A stretch of 64,000 nt of DNA from Minisyncoccota bacterium (GCA_041651055.1 JBAZJW010000001.1:84737-148736), one strand, 5' to 3'. Shown: positions 28,912-38,149, counted from the first letter of the stretch. Numbers and translations are program-made. The notes: generated by a model not told the origin, from the letters alone.

Positions 28912-29817
28912 ATGTCTTTTTCTTCGTTTTCAACCACGCGTATCGTCGTGACCCTTCTTTTGTTTCTTGTTCTTGGATACGGGTATAGAGTACTATCTTC
29001 TGTACCGTCTGATTTTCCTGTAGGAAAAAACTTTACCGTAGAAGAAGGGGAAAGCCTCAGGAGTGTAAGTCTTCGCCTAAAAGAGCAGCATTACATACAT
29101 AGTGCTTTATGGTTTCGCGCAGGGGTTTCATTTTTGGGACGTGACAGACATGTGCAATTGGGTGGATATGTTTTCGACTCAGCCTTACCTCTTTCTGGAA
29201 TCGTTCACAAACTTGTGTCAGGTAAACCAGATGTGCCGCTCATTAGTGTAACTATTCCCGAGGGGAGTACGACATATGAAATTGCAGTACTATTACGAAA
29301 AGCACTGCCTAATTTTTCTATTGATATTTTTGGTGAAAAAGTTTTTGCAGCACAAGCAGATGGTAAACTTTTCCCATCAACTTACTTCTTACTTCCTTCT
29401 ACCGATGAATCTCGTGCTGTAGAAATAATGACAGAGACATTTGCTTTACGATTTTCAGAAAGCTTCACAGGTGTTACTTTCCCAGAAGTACTTCCCACAA
29501 AGGAATCTGTCATTTCTTTGGCTGCTATTTTAGAAGGAGAAGCAAAAACAAAAAATGATATGCAGATTGTTTCTGGAATACTTCAAAAACGCTTACAGAT
29601 CAAGATGCCTTTACAAGTAGATGTGGCACCAGAAACATACAGGAAAAACGGGCTTCCATTACAGCCGATTAATAATCCAGGACTCGTAGCGATTGATGCC
29701 GCCCTTCATCCTACAGCGTCACCGTATCTCTACTACCTCACAGGTAAAGATGGTACAATGCATTACGCTAAAACATTTGAAGAACATAAGAAGAATATAC
29801 AGAAATATTTGAAATAG
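28912..29817 (+). CDS. mltG: Endolytic murein transglycosylase MltG (YceG family)
   Basis: N-terminal TM, ISVTIPEGSTTYEIAVLL and C-terminal NGLPLQPINNPGLVAIDAALHP..YLYY motifs typical of YceG/MltG. Confidence 0.85.
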   Translation: MSFSSFSTTRIVVTLLLFLVLGYGYRVLSSVPSDFPVGKNFTVEEGESLRSVSLRLKEQHYIHSALWFRAGVSFLGRDRHVQLGGYVFDSALPLSGIVHKLVSGKPDVPLISVTIPEGSTTYEIAVLLRKALPNFSIDIFGEKVFAAQADGKLFPSTYFLLPSTDESRAVEIMTETFALRFSESFTGVTFPEVLPTKESVISLAAILEGEAKTKNDMQIVSGILQKRLQIKMPLQVDVAPETYRKNGLPLQPINNPGLVAIDAALHPTASPYLYYLTGKDGTMHYAKTFEEHKKNIQKYLK

Positions 29818-29933
29818 TTATTAGTAATTGGTTATTAGTAATTAGTTGTGATACTCTTTTATGTATTAATATTTATCTGTATTTACTAATCTGTGTTTAC
29901 TAATTACCAATAACTAATAACCAATTACTAATT
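29818..29933. mobile_element. MITE-like element. Inverted repeats of about 30 bp (TTATTAGTAATTGGTTATTAGTAATTAG / CTAATTACCAATAACTAATAACCAATTACTAATT) flank an AT-rich core of 55 nt.
   Basis: Arms are reverse complements with 1-2 mismatches. Fills the mltG to exonuclease gap exactly. Related arms at 9639-9705, 1031-1056 and 39378-39408. Confidence 0.5.
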
Positions 29934-30485
29934 ATGAAAATCCACAACCTCGCTTTTATTGATACCGAAACCACAGGAACAGATCCAGACAAACATGAAA
30001 TCATCGAACTTGCTGTGGTGATCGCACGACAGGTGCCACGCGAAGGTAAGGGTCCGAAGCTTGAAATCATAGAAGAGTGTGAGTGGAAAATAAAAATGGA
30101 ACGTCCAGAGAAAGCCGAAGAAGCCGCTCTTCGTGTGAATGGTTACAATGAAGTGGACTGGATGTTCGCAGTGGATAGAAAGAAGGCCATGGAGGAGTTT
30201 GCCAAGAAGACGCAGAGTTGTACGTTCGTATCGCACAATCTCGTTTTTGATTATGGTTTTATTATGAAAGCATTTGAAGAAACCGGTGTAGAGAATCGTA
30301 TGCACTATGCGAAATTAGATACCATCTCTATGGCACTTGCTCGATTGTACGATGCGCCGTCTGCTGATAAGTTTTCTCTCCGAGCACTGTGTGAATTATT
30401 GAAGGTAGAAAACACAAAGGCTCACACTGCACTCGCGGATACCAAAGCACTCGTCGCTGTATACCGTAAGTTGATGAATGCATAA
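29934..30485 (+). CDS. DEDDh 3'-5' exonuclease (DnaQ/PolIII-epsilon-like)
   Basis: Exo I motif FIDTETTG, Exo II VSHNLVFDYGF, Exo III HTALADTKALVAVY. Confidence 0.9.
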   Translation: MKIHNLAFIDTETTGTDPDKHEIIELAVVIARQVPREGKGPKLEIIEECEWKIKMERPEKAEEAALRVNGYNEVDWMFAVDRKKAMEEFAKKTQSCTFVSHNLVFDYGFIMKAFEETGVENRMHYAKLDTISMALARLYDAPSADKFSLRALCELLKVENTKAHTALADTKALVAVYRKLMNA

Positions 30486-30499
30486 ATAAAACATACATA

Positions 30500-30530
30500 A
30501 AAAAAGCACGGCTTCGGGCCGTGCTTTTGC
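30500..30530. terminator. Bidirectional hairpin terminator AGCACGGC-ttcg-GGCCGTGCT with A-run/T-run flanks
   Basis: 9-bp GC-rich stem between convergent genes. Confidence 0.7.
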
Positions 30531-30547
30531 TTGCGATCCACTCATTC

Positions 30548-30910
30548 TCATTGCGGGATCGCTGGTTCAAGCCAGCAGTAGACCTGTGGGACAGGATCAC
30601 CGCCTTCTTCTGGCTGGAAGAATACTGTCTGACACACCCGCACCTGATAGTAGGGCTGCCACGGGTAGACAAACGTTGGTTGGGGTACATAGATTCCCCA
30701 ATATGGCCGTTGAGGTACGGCGTATACCGCAGAGGGCCGTGCGTACCCCAGCGGTGAGACATGTGCAGATTGGGGCACCTGTCCACCGTAGCGTGCTTGA
30801 TGCCCATGTCCGCCGTAATGTTGGGCATGGGCTGGCGACGTCACACTGCTGATAATGAACAGCAGTAGTAGAAACAATATCGGAAAGAGCAGTCTTCGCG
30901 TCCTCATCAT
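30548..30910 (-). CDS. Small secreted Pro/Tyr/Gln-rich protein (120 aa, signal peptide MMRTRRLLFPILFLLLLFIISSVTSPAHA) in a GC-rich islet
   Basis: AAGGAG ribosome-binding site 3-6 nt upstream of the tandem ATGs. Predicted signal peptide. The longer upstream extension lacks a ribosome-binding site. Confidence 0.6.
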   Translation of the reverse strand: MMRTRRLLFPILFLLLLFIISSVTSPAHAQHYGGHGHQARYGGQVPQSAHVSPLGYARPSAVYAVPQRPYWGIYVPQPTFVYPWQPYYQVRVCQTVFFQPEEGGDPVPQVYCWLEPAIPQ

Positions 30911-30971
30911 GATCTCCTTGGTTGTTGAGGTGCTCTTAATGGTAGTACATATCTCACGCTTTGTACAATAT

Positions 30972-30992
30972 AAAAAAGGCGCCGATGGCGCC
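30972..30992 (-). terminator. Hairpin GGCGCCATCGGCGCC followed by T6 on the minus strand
   Basis: Lies 6 nt after the TGA of the 30999-31202 ORF. Confidence 0.6.
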
Positions 30993-30998
30993 TGGGGT

Positions 30999-31202
30999 TC
31001 ATGGAAGAAATACATTCGCCATGGTCGGCGAATCGTAGAAAGCAAGAGGTTGAAATTCCTCATTGCTCCGGTCGGCTGCTGCACGATCTTCCGCATGGTC
31101 GTCATTTCGTGACACACGGTGAGGGTGATGTTTGCTGTCCTCTTCAGTTATCCCATCTACCGTAAAGGGGTGTCTTTTTACACTCGCTGCAGATTTTTTC
31201 AT
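30999..31202 (-). CDS. Small highly charged hypothetical protein (67 aa, MKKSAASVKRHPF...)
   Basis: GAGGA about 10 nt upstream and an intrinsic terminator immediately after the stop. In a GC-rich islet where spurious ORFs in other frames abound. Confidence 0.4.
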   Translation of the reverse strand: MKKSAASVKRHPFTVDGITEEDSKHHPHRVSRNDDHAEDRAAADRSNEEFQPLAFYDSPTMANVFLP

Positions 31203-31331
31203 TTTCCCCGTCCTCTTCGTGGCTGGTTGTGTGCGCTTCGTTACGATTAGCCATTTCGTAAAGAAGTATCCGTACCTAATCATACAACGAATATGCATGC
31301 GTGTGCAATATAAATATGATAGAGTGTTTTT

Positions 31332-32387
31332 ATGAATAGTGAATCTTCACACAATAAGAAAAAGGTATTTGTCGGTATGTCAGGTGGCGTGGACTCGTCT
31401 GTTTCTGCGGCATTACTCAAGAAAGAGGGGTACGACGTCACCGGAGTGTTTATCAAGGTCTGGCAGCCAGATTTTATTGAATGTACATGGAAAGAGGACA
31501 GACTAGACGCCATGCGTGTGGCATCTCTCCTTGATATTCCATTCGTCACTCTTGATCTTGAAAAAGAATATAAAGAAGGTGTGATTGATTACATGATCGA
31601 TGAATACAGAAAAGGACGCACGCCGAATCCGGACGTGATGTGTAATCGAGAAGTAAAATTCGGTGCATTTTTGAAATGGGCAAAAGAGCAGGATGGAAAC
31701 GCATATGTGGCAACTGGTCATTATGCATCACACAATGGAAACTCTTTGGTGAAAAGTAGAGATGAAGAAAAAGATCAGACGTATTTTTTGTGGACGCTTG
31801 CCAAAGAATTACTACCATCAATACTTTTCCCTGTGGGTGGTATGGAAAAAAAGGAAGTACGTGCACTGGCGGAAAAATTCAAGCTTCCTGTTGCTGCCAA
31901 GAAGGATAGTCAAGGGCTTTGTTTTGTGGGGACCATCGATGTGAAGACACTTCTCAAGAAGTATATAGATGAAAAAGAAGGGGAGGTAAAAAATGAACAA
32001 GGGGACGTATTGGGCACACACACCGGAGTTATGTTTTATACCATCGGTGAGCGACACGGATTTACGATTACAAAAAAGTCTACCGATGAAGAGCCGTATT
32101 TCGTTGTGGCAAAAGATTTTGGTACAAACACACTCGTCGTATCTCACACACCTCCCATTGAAACTCATGGTGAAATTATTTCACTTGAGAAAACAAATTG
32201 GACAAAAGAAATACATAAAGGAGATGTGTACGAGGCACGTGCTCGCTATCGCGCACCCTTGGCCAAGGTTGAGGTTATCGACAGTACACATATGAAAGTA
32301 TCAGAAGGGGAGTTAACCGCGACCCCAGGTCAATCTTTCGTGTTGTATGATGGAAATCTCTGTGTCGGAGGAGGAATTATACTCTAG
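31332..32387 (+). CDS. mnmA: tRNA-specific 2-thiouridylase MnmA
   Basis: PP-loop SGGVDSSV, conserved catalytic Cys region (DSQGLCFVG) and C-terminal beta-barrel. Confidence 0.92.
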   Translation: MNSESSHNKKKVFVGMSGGVDSSVSAALLKKEGYDVTGVFIKVWQPDFIECTWKEDRLDAMRVASLLDIPFVTLDLEKEYKEGVIDYMIDEYRKGRTPNPDVMCNREVKFGAFLKWAKEQDGNAYVATGHYASHNGNSLVKSRDEEKDQTYFLWTLAKELLPSILFPVGGMEKKEVRALAEKFKLPVAAKKDSQGLCFVGTIDVKTLLKKYIDEKEGEVKNEQGDVLGTHTGVMFYTIGERHGFTITKKSTDEEPYFVVAKDFGTNTLVVSHTPPIETHGEIISLEKTNWTKEIHKGDVYEARARYRAPLAKVEVIDSTHMKVSEGELTATPGQSFVLYDGNLCVGGGIIL

Positions 32388-32393
32388 GCTAGT

Positions 32394-33074
32394 TTAGTGC
32401 TTGTGATCTGAGATGTGCTCATGATCATGCTTCACATGGAAACGTATTTCGAGATAAATAATCCAGAGCACAATGGCGGCAAGTGATGAGATACTTGCTA
32501 TTTCAAGTGCATGGAATTGTTCATCATTAATTTTCTTTCCTAACATAAAAATAAGAATAGCTGCGACAGGAGAACCTATTTGGGCGAATATTCCATAGAC
32601 GACAGTTCTTTTTATGGAAAGCCCAAGACTACGAAGTACGGTAAGTGTTCCGACTATCTTTGGAAGTTCGTGAATAATGATACCAATAGTCGCTGCATAT
32701 CCAAGTACGGGGCTTACGATGTATGTGGCACCGATCACAGCCCCATCGATGAGAGAGTGGAAGGCTTCACTGATAACTATACCCTTCGCACCCTCTGCTT
32801 CTTGATTATGTGTATGTCCGTGATTGAAATGTGAAAGAATAAAAATGGTAATGAGTGCTGTGACTCCTCCTATAACGATATCAATAAGACTAAGACTATC
32901 GCCATTTTCACGAAATGCATCGAATACTGCAAAGGCAAGGAGGGCTAAACCTATAGAGAGGAAAGTTATTTTCCAGCCACCTTTGAAAAGATTTCTTCGT
33001 AAAAGAAGCGCAAGCAAGGCGAGTAAAGGGAGTGAGCTCGCACTGAGGGCCATGAGTAGGAAAGATGTATTCAT
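32394..33074 (-). CDS. ZIP-family divalent metal (zinc) transporter
   Basis: Polytopic membrane protein with HSLIDGAVIGA and IIIHELPKIVGTLTVL motifs characteristic of ZIP/ZupT. Confidence 0.8.
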   Translation of the reverse strand: MNTSFLLMALSASSLPLLALLALLLRRNLFKGGWKITFLSIGLALLAFAVFDAFRENGDSLSLIDIVIGGVTALITIFILSHFNHGHTHNQEAEGAKGIVISEAFHSLIDGAVIGATYIVSPVLGYAATIGIIIHELPKIVGTLTVLRSLGLSIKRTVVYGIFAQIGSPVAAILIFMLGKKINDEQFHALEIASISSLAAIVLWIIYLEIRFHVKHDHEHISDHKH

Positions 33075-33103
33075 TCATAAAGTCTATCGTATCTTTTTGG
33101 AAT

Positions 33104-33120
33104 ATGCAAGTCACTTGCAT
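33104..33120. promoter_or_regulatory. Perfect 8-1-8 palindrome ATGCAAGT-C-ACTTGCAT in the divergent ZIP/Fur intergenic region. A second related box TATGCAAACTCTTCGCATA lies at 33140-33158.
   Basis: Read directly. Positioned between a metal transporter and a Fur-family repressor gene. Candidate Zur/Fur operator. Confidence 0.5.
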
Positions 33121-33201
33121 AAAGAGGTAGTAGTCATGATATGCAAACTCTTCGCATAAAACTGTACAAAGAGTATTGCTCCGTGATACTATTCAAGCTA
33201 T

Positions 33202-33630
33202 ATGGCACGATATTCAAAGGAAGATTTGGAGACAATGATACAAGAAGCAGGACTACGAGTCACAGAACACCGTACTGCAGTGCTTTCCTTTTTGTCTAAA
33301 GTGAAAAATCCAGTGACTGTATATGAATTGGTTGACGCTCTTCGCAAGAAGAATAACATTGACCAGGCTACGGTATACCGAAACCTTTCTTCTTTGCATG
33401 AAGCTGGACTTCTTCGCCGCCTCGACTTCAACCATGGGCATGCACACTATGAATTAGAAACAGGACGCGCATCGCATCAACTTGTGTGTGGTAAGTGCGA
33501 GACTATCGAAAAGATAGAGGGGATTTCTATTGATGATGTTGTTAAAAAAATGCTCAAGAAAAGTAAAAAGTTTAAGCAGACTACAACACATTCTATGGAG
33601 ATATACGGACTCTGTAAGTCTTGTGCGTAG
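33202..33630 (+). CDS. Fur-family metalloregulator (likely Zur)
   Basis: Winged-helix N-domain, HGHAHYE, CGKC ... CKSC metal-binding motifs. Confidence 0.85.
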   Translation: MARYSKEDLETMIQEAGLRVTEHRTAVLSFLSKVKNPVTVYELVDALRKKNNIDQATVYRNLSSLHEAGLLRRLDFNHGHAHYELETGRASHQLVCGKCETIEKIEGISIDDVVKKMLKKSKKFKQTTTHSMEIYGLCKSCA

Positions 33631-33700
33631 ATTGACTTTTCATAAATAAAGTGGTATAGTATGGACTGACAATTTTGTCAGGAAACAAAAAGGATCGCGC

Positions 33701-34147
33701 ATGAATGCACGACGGACAAGGGTAGAGGGTGTTTTGGAAAGGATTAACCAAGCGGAACAGGGCGAAGCACATGCTCGTACCGTTGAGTTGATTCTGAAAG
33801 CCATGAAGCCTCTGACAAAGGCTGAACACGGTACCCAGGCAACGGTTGTACTTGCTCCAGAGGGGTATAACCATATGAGTCTTGAAACAAAAAAAGTAAA
33901 AAGTTTCGAGGCGGTGACCAATGACGCTGGCGGTGTGGAGCTATGGATTCCCAGAAAATCCTTGGTGAATGTTATCGTTACTCACGGTGGTTCGCACGAA
34001 CACCTAGGAAAAGTATCTTTTTATTTTTGGAACGGTAAACAGCTGTCCAAAGGTGGGGTTCTTCTGAACAAGTCCTTCACCACAGGCAGGTTGAGTGAAC
34101 GACTTGGGCCATTCTTCGCACCAGAACGGTTGGTCAGGAAAAAATAA
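33701..34147 (+). CDS. Hypothetical protein (148 aa), GC-richer
   Basis: AAGGA ribosome-binding site. Terminator hairpin AGGCC-tcacgtgg-GGCCT with T9 at 34184-34209. Confidence 0.55.
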   Translation: MNARRTRVEGVLERINQAEQGEAHARTVELILKAMKPLTKAEHGTQATVVLAPEGYNHMSLETKKVKSFEAVTNDAGGVELWIPRKSLVNVIVTHGGSHEHLGKVSFYFWNGKQLSKGGVLLNKSFTTGRLSERLGPFFAPERLVRKK

Positions 34148-34183
34148 TTCCTACGACAAATAAATTGTCTTGTAGGAACGCAA

Positions 34184-34241
34184 AGGCCTCACGTGGGGCC
34201 TTTTTTTTATATAAAAAAGCCGGCGCAAGGTTGCGCCGGCT
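34184..34241. terminator. Two back-to-back terminators. Plus strand AGGCC..GGCCT-T9 and minus strand AGCCGGCGCAA-gg-TTGCGCCGGCT.
   Basis: GC-rich stems with appropriately oriented T-runs for the convergent genes. Confidence 0.7.
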
Positions 34242-34250
34242 GAGTCTTCA

Positions 34251-34610
34251 TTACAGTTGGTTGAAGAAGACTTTTGGCTGACCGTACATCACCCCGCTGA
34301 CTTGACGGTCAACGGCATACGCCGCCCATGTTTTCAGTTTTGAAACACTTCCTCTTCCTACAGGACGGAATTCATGCCCACCCACCAGGATTGTCATATT
34401 TTGACGTTTGCCGCGCCGCAAGACGAGGACTTCTTCGTCAATGATTCTCATGATGTGAGGCTTCACTTCAACCCCTCCGATCTTTTTACAGAGAAGCTGT
34501 AATCCATTTCGTCGCCCATTTTTTGTTTTTGTTGCTTCGGTCAAGATTCGACTGAGTCTATTTTTTCCAGAATGCAATCTGACGACGTTTCTGCCGTTTT
34601 TTCCTCGCAT
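34251..34610 (-). CDS. Hypothetical basic protein (119 aa from MRGKNG)
   Basis: GGAGAAAAAC ribosome-binding site before the ATG at 34610. Terminator downstream. Confidence 0.55.
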   Translation of the reverse strand: MRGKNGRNVVRLHSGKNRLSRILTEATKTKNGRRNGLQLLCKKIGGVEVKPHIMRIIDEEVLVLRRGKRQNMTILVGGHEFRPVGRGSVSKLKTWAAYAVDRQVSGVMYGQPKVFFNQL

Positions 34611-34713
34611 GTTTTTCTCCGGTTGTTGTTGAAGCATCTATATACTACAATCCTTTCATCATTTTGTCCAGTTGTACTATACTTACAACAGTATTCATAA
34701 TTAATAAATATCT

Positions 34714-35490
34714 ATGCCTGAAACCTATAAAGATTTACTCAAAAATAATGTTGTCGCTTTCGGAATTGTGATTAGTGTTGCTTGGGTAGCAAGCTCTTTT
34801 GTCCTCGCTGGCGGTATTGGACATCTCAAACAAAATAATAGTATCAGTGTGACCGGAACAGCTGAAAAGATTGTTGAAAGTGATGCCGGTAAATGGACTT
34901 TTTCTACGACGAGAATTACAGCACCTGAGGGGTATGCTTTCGCAGCAAAGCAATTACGTGATGCCTCCGATATAACGGTGAAATATTTGGTAAATCGTGG
35001 GGTGGATGCAAAAGGTATTACCGTGCAACCTGTTGTGACTGGTGTTATTTGTCAGACACAGAATCAGACGATGTACGACGGTATGGGGAAGCAACAGTGT
35101 TCGGGTTCTTTTCAGAACACACTTTCACAACAAATCATTGTTGAATCAAGTGATGTGAATGCTATTCGTGATTTATCACTTAACGCTGCGAATGCGTTAT
35201 CGTTGCTCGGTGTTCAGATTCAAACAAATTCAGTAGATTTCTTTTATACAAAATTATCAGATTTACGTGTAGAGCTTCTGGCGGAAGCATCGAAGAATGC
35301 AAAAGAGAGAGCCGAAGCTATTGCGAAAAGTACAGGAGATGCGATCGGTTCAGTGAATGATGCTTCTCAGGGAGTGTTCCAGATTACACAAAAGAATAGT
35401 ACAGAAGTAAGTGATTACGGAAGTTACGATACTTCGACGATTGAAAAGAAAGTTACAGCAATCGTGAGGGCGAGTTTTCAAGTGAAGTAG
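34714..35490 (+). CDS. SIMPL/DUF541 (BP26-like) periplasmic protein
   Basis: N-terminal TM anchor and conserved C-terminal VTAIVRASFQV pattern of the DUF541 family. Confidence 0.7.
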   Translation: MPETYKDLLKNNVVAFGIVISVAWVASSFVLAGGIGHLKQNNSISVTGTAEKIVESDAGKWTFSTTRITAPEGYAFAAKQLRDASDITVKYLVNRGVDAKGITVQPVVTGVICQTQNQTMYDGMGKQQCSGSFQNTLSQQIIVESSDVNAIRDLSLNAANALSLLGVQIQTNSVDFFYTKLSDLRVELLAEASKNAKERAEAIAKSTGDAIGSVNDASQGVFQITQKNSTEVSDYGSYDTSTIEKKVTAIVRASFQVK

Positions 35491-35507
35491 AAGAAGGAAA
35501 ACAAAAA

Positions 35508-35535
35508 AACGACATCCTTACGATGTCGTTTTTAT
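35508..35535. terminator. Bidirectional hairpin AAACGACATC-ctta-CGATGTCGTTT
   Basis: 11-bp stem between convergent genes, flanked by A-run and T-run. Confidence 0.7.
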
Positions 35536-35544
35536 GTTACTTGG

Positions 35545-36297
35545 TTATTTGTTAAGTGCTTCGTCGATCGCGGCCTTGAAGTATGCTTCTGGACGAGCAC
35601 CATCTACCATTGCGACAACCTCGTATCCTTTACGAGTTTTTACGAGGACAAATGTTGAAGGAGTTCCTTGTACACCAGCCGCCGCTCCATCTGTCATAGA
35701 GGTATTAATTATATCGGAAGTTTTTGGATCATTCATGCATGATGTGAAAGATGCCACATCAAGTCCAATATTTTTTGCCAAGTCCTCCTTTCCTGTAGCC
35801 GGAAGCTGAGGGGATGAATTGGTCTGTGATTGTTTTGGAACCTTAAAGCCGAATAATGCATCAATGTATTCAAAATGTTTCTGCGCGCCGCCTACGATTC
35901 CTGCACATTGTATTGCTTTTGATTCATCAAAAGCATGTGGGTGAATACTTGTAAGTGGAAAATGCCGATATACGAATGCGACTTTGGATGCGTAATCAGT
36001 ACGAATCTTTTGTATTGTTGGGTATACCGAAATACAGTATGGGCATTCTGGGTCTGAGTACTCAACGACGACGACCTTACTATTGATCTTTCCTCCGATG
36101 TAATCAGCTTCATCCACCACCTTTCCTGTGAACATTGTCGCGGCAACTTTCGCTGTTCCTCCTTGCATAATAAACCCATACGCAACAAGTCCTCCTGCGA
36201 CAATGACAGCACCAAATAAAATGGCAACCGGTGTACTAAGTGTGAATTTCTTAAAGAATGTCGTAATTGATTTGAAAATATGATGTATTTTGTTCAT
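35545..36297 (-). CDS. Membrane-anchored DsbA-family thiol:disulfide oxidoreductase
   Basis: Thioredoxin-fold CPYC active site (DPECPYCISV). N-terminal TM. Confidence 0.85.
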   Translation of the reverse strand: MNKIHHIFKSITTFFKKFTLSTPVAILFGAVIVAGGLVAYGFIMQGGTAKVAATMFTGKVVDEADYIGGKINSKVVVVEYSDPECPYCISVYPTIQKIRTDYASKVAFVYRHFPLTSIHPHAFDESKAIQCAGIVGGAQKHFEYIDALFGFKVPKQSQTNSSPQLPATGKEDLAKNIGLDVASFTSCMNDPKTSDIINTSMTDGAAAGVQGTPSTFVLVKTRKGYEVVAMVDGARPEAYFKAAIDEALNK

Positions 36298-36330
36298 AGT
36301 GGTTTATACTGAATATCAAGAAAGTATATC

Positions 36331-36903
36331 ATGAACAAAACATCTCTTTTTACAAAACAGACCTTTAAGCGCCTTCTTGTTGGGACACTTCTTGAATTTG
36401 GTCCTATTTTTGTATTCTTGCTTTCCTTTCATCATTTTCGTATTTATGAGGCGACAATTGTTCTTATGATTACGACGATTATTTCAACGGTTGTGACCTA
36501 CAAGGTTCAGAAACGTCTCCCGTATCTCGCGCTGTACGTTGCTTTCCTGACTATGCTTTTTGGATATCTTACGATTGCGCACCATCAGCCGAAATTTATT
36601 CAAATGAGGGATACGCTCTATGATGTGACCTGCGCGCTCACGCTTTTGATCGGTCTTATGATTAATGTTCCTTTTCTTAAACTTGCTTTTCATGAGGTGC
36701 TGCCGATGACGAATCGTGCATGGACGCGGCTTACCTACACATGGATAACTTTTTTTATTTTCACTGCAATGGGGAACGAATACGTACGAAGAACAATGAC
36801 ACTTAAGGAATGGTTTGACTTCAAAAGTGTCGTGGTTATTCTTACTGCATTATGCGGAGCCCTTGCGCTCTATTTTTTGTACGAAAAAGCAGGGGAAAAA
36901 TAA
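36331..36903 (+). CDS. YciB/IspZ-like inner membrane protein (intracellular septation protein A family)
   Basis: LLEFGPIFVFLLSF N-terminal signature with 5 TM helices. Confidence 0.6.
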   Translation: MNKTSLFTKQTFKRLLVGTLLEFGPIFVFLLSFHHFRIYEATIVLMITTIISTVVTYKVQKRLPYLALYVAFLTMLFGYLTIAHHQPKFIQMRDTLYDVTCALTLLIGLMINVPFLKLAFHEVLPMTNRAWTRLTYTWITFFIFTAMGNEYVRRTMTLKEWFDFKSVVVILTALCGALALYFLYEKAGEK

Positions 36904-37015
36904 TTAGACGGCTTATCGTCAATGGTCTGTAGACTATAAACTTACACAGAATGCGAGGCAGAGATACAGTGGGCACTGTATCTCTGTATCGTTTTGTGGT
37001 AAACTAGCGCACATT

Positions 37016-37849
37016 ATGTCCGAGGCAACATCTACCCACGAAACAGCTAACGAATCAACTATTCTTCACGTGTATGAAGAAATTCCCTCTATTTCATCAC
37101 CGACACTTGGAAGTGTAGGACCTCTTACGATCGCAACATCAACGGTTACGGTTATGTTTATTACCGTGCTTCTCGTGGTGCTCTCTATAAAAGCTTCTCG
37201 CTCAACAATGATTCCCGGAAAATTCCAGCACATTCTCGAGATTTTTTATGAAATGGTTTCTGATTTTATTACGTCGATTGTCGGAAGTAAAGAAAAGGCT
37301 AAAGTGATAATTCCGTATGTTGGAGCACTCATGACATACTTGATTGTAGCGAACCTGCTTCCTATGGTGCCACTTATTGGAAGTTTTTATGTGCTCATAG
37401 ATGGAGAACATGTGCCACTTTTCCGTGGAGCAACGACGGATTTTAATACGACGTTTGGTCTCGCTCTTGCGGTTATCGTAACAATGCAGGTTGTCGGCAT
37501 TCGCCAGCAAGGAGCTCTCGGCTATCTTTCACACTTCATACAGATCAAGCAGGTGTACAGAGGGTTCAAGAAAAGCTTTGGAGAGGGAATGACATCAATC
37601 GTTGGATTCTTCGTGGGGTTGATTGAAATTGTCAGTGAATTCGCAAAGATACTTTCTCTTTCTCTTCGTCTTTTTGGAAACATGTTTGCTCATGAAGTAT
37701 TGACGGTTATTTTGCTCGGAGCCTTTTCTGTGGCCGTGCCTGCTATTTGGATGGGAATGGGACTACTCGTTGGTGTCGTTCAATCTATTGTATTCGTCGC
37801 GCTCGTGACGGTGTACTATTCGTTGGTGTTGAAGAAAGAAGGACATTAA
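37016..37849 (+). CDS. atpB: F0F1 ATP synthase subunit a
   Basis: LSLRLFGNMFAHE motif containing the essential Arg. Confidence 0.93.
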   Translation: MSEATSTHETANESTILHVYEEIPSISSPTLGSVGPLTIATSTVTVMFITVLLVVLSIKASRSTMIPGKFQHILEIFYEMVSDFITSIVGSKEKAKVIIPYVGALMTYLIVANLLPMVPLIGSFYVLIDGEHVPLFRGATTDFNTTFGLALAVIVTMQVVGIRQQGALGYLSHFIQIKQVYRGFKKSFGEGMTSIVGFFVGLIEIVSEFAKILSLSLRLFGNMFAHEVLTVILLGAFSVAVPAIWMGMGLLVGVVQSIVFVALVTVYYSLVLKKEGH

Positions 37850-37850
37850 A

Positions 37851-37880
37851 TCGTTGGTCGTTAGGACGTTATTCGTTAGG
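37851..37880. repeat. CGTTGGTCGTTAGGACGTTATTCGTTAGG tract, a member of the CGTTAGG / AACGAAGAACG family
   Basis: Same motif as 38418-38472, 43359-43413 and coding 52021-52054. Confidence 0.7.
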
Positions 37881-38149
37881 AGGGGATCTGCTGATCTTCA
37901 CGGCTGTTGACGTTTCCTTGTGCGGGCCAATTTGATGGAACCCTGAAAGCGAGCCGACAGGCCGCATAACAGAGTCCGCGATCAGCTGGCTCTTTTTTTA
38001 TTGCCGGAAACAGTAGTCCAACCTTTCTTCCACAGGAGGAATGCAAAAAAGTATTTTTTCTGCTATACTCCAAACCAAAGCCGAGAGGCGAATTTTTATT
38101 GAAGCGTTATATGTTTTTTGTTGGATTCAAGTATTTTTAGTATTTGTAT

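Noticed and set aside
30328-30828. 166-aa minus ORF and plus-strand ORFs 30521-30757 and 30586-30852 in the GC-rich islet
   Set aside because: They overlap the exonuclease 3' end and the bidirectional terminator. GC-rich DNA generates long spurious frames. The frame with an AAGGAG site and a signal peptide was preferred.
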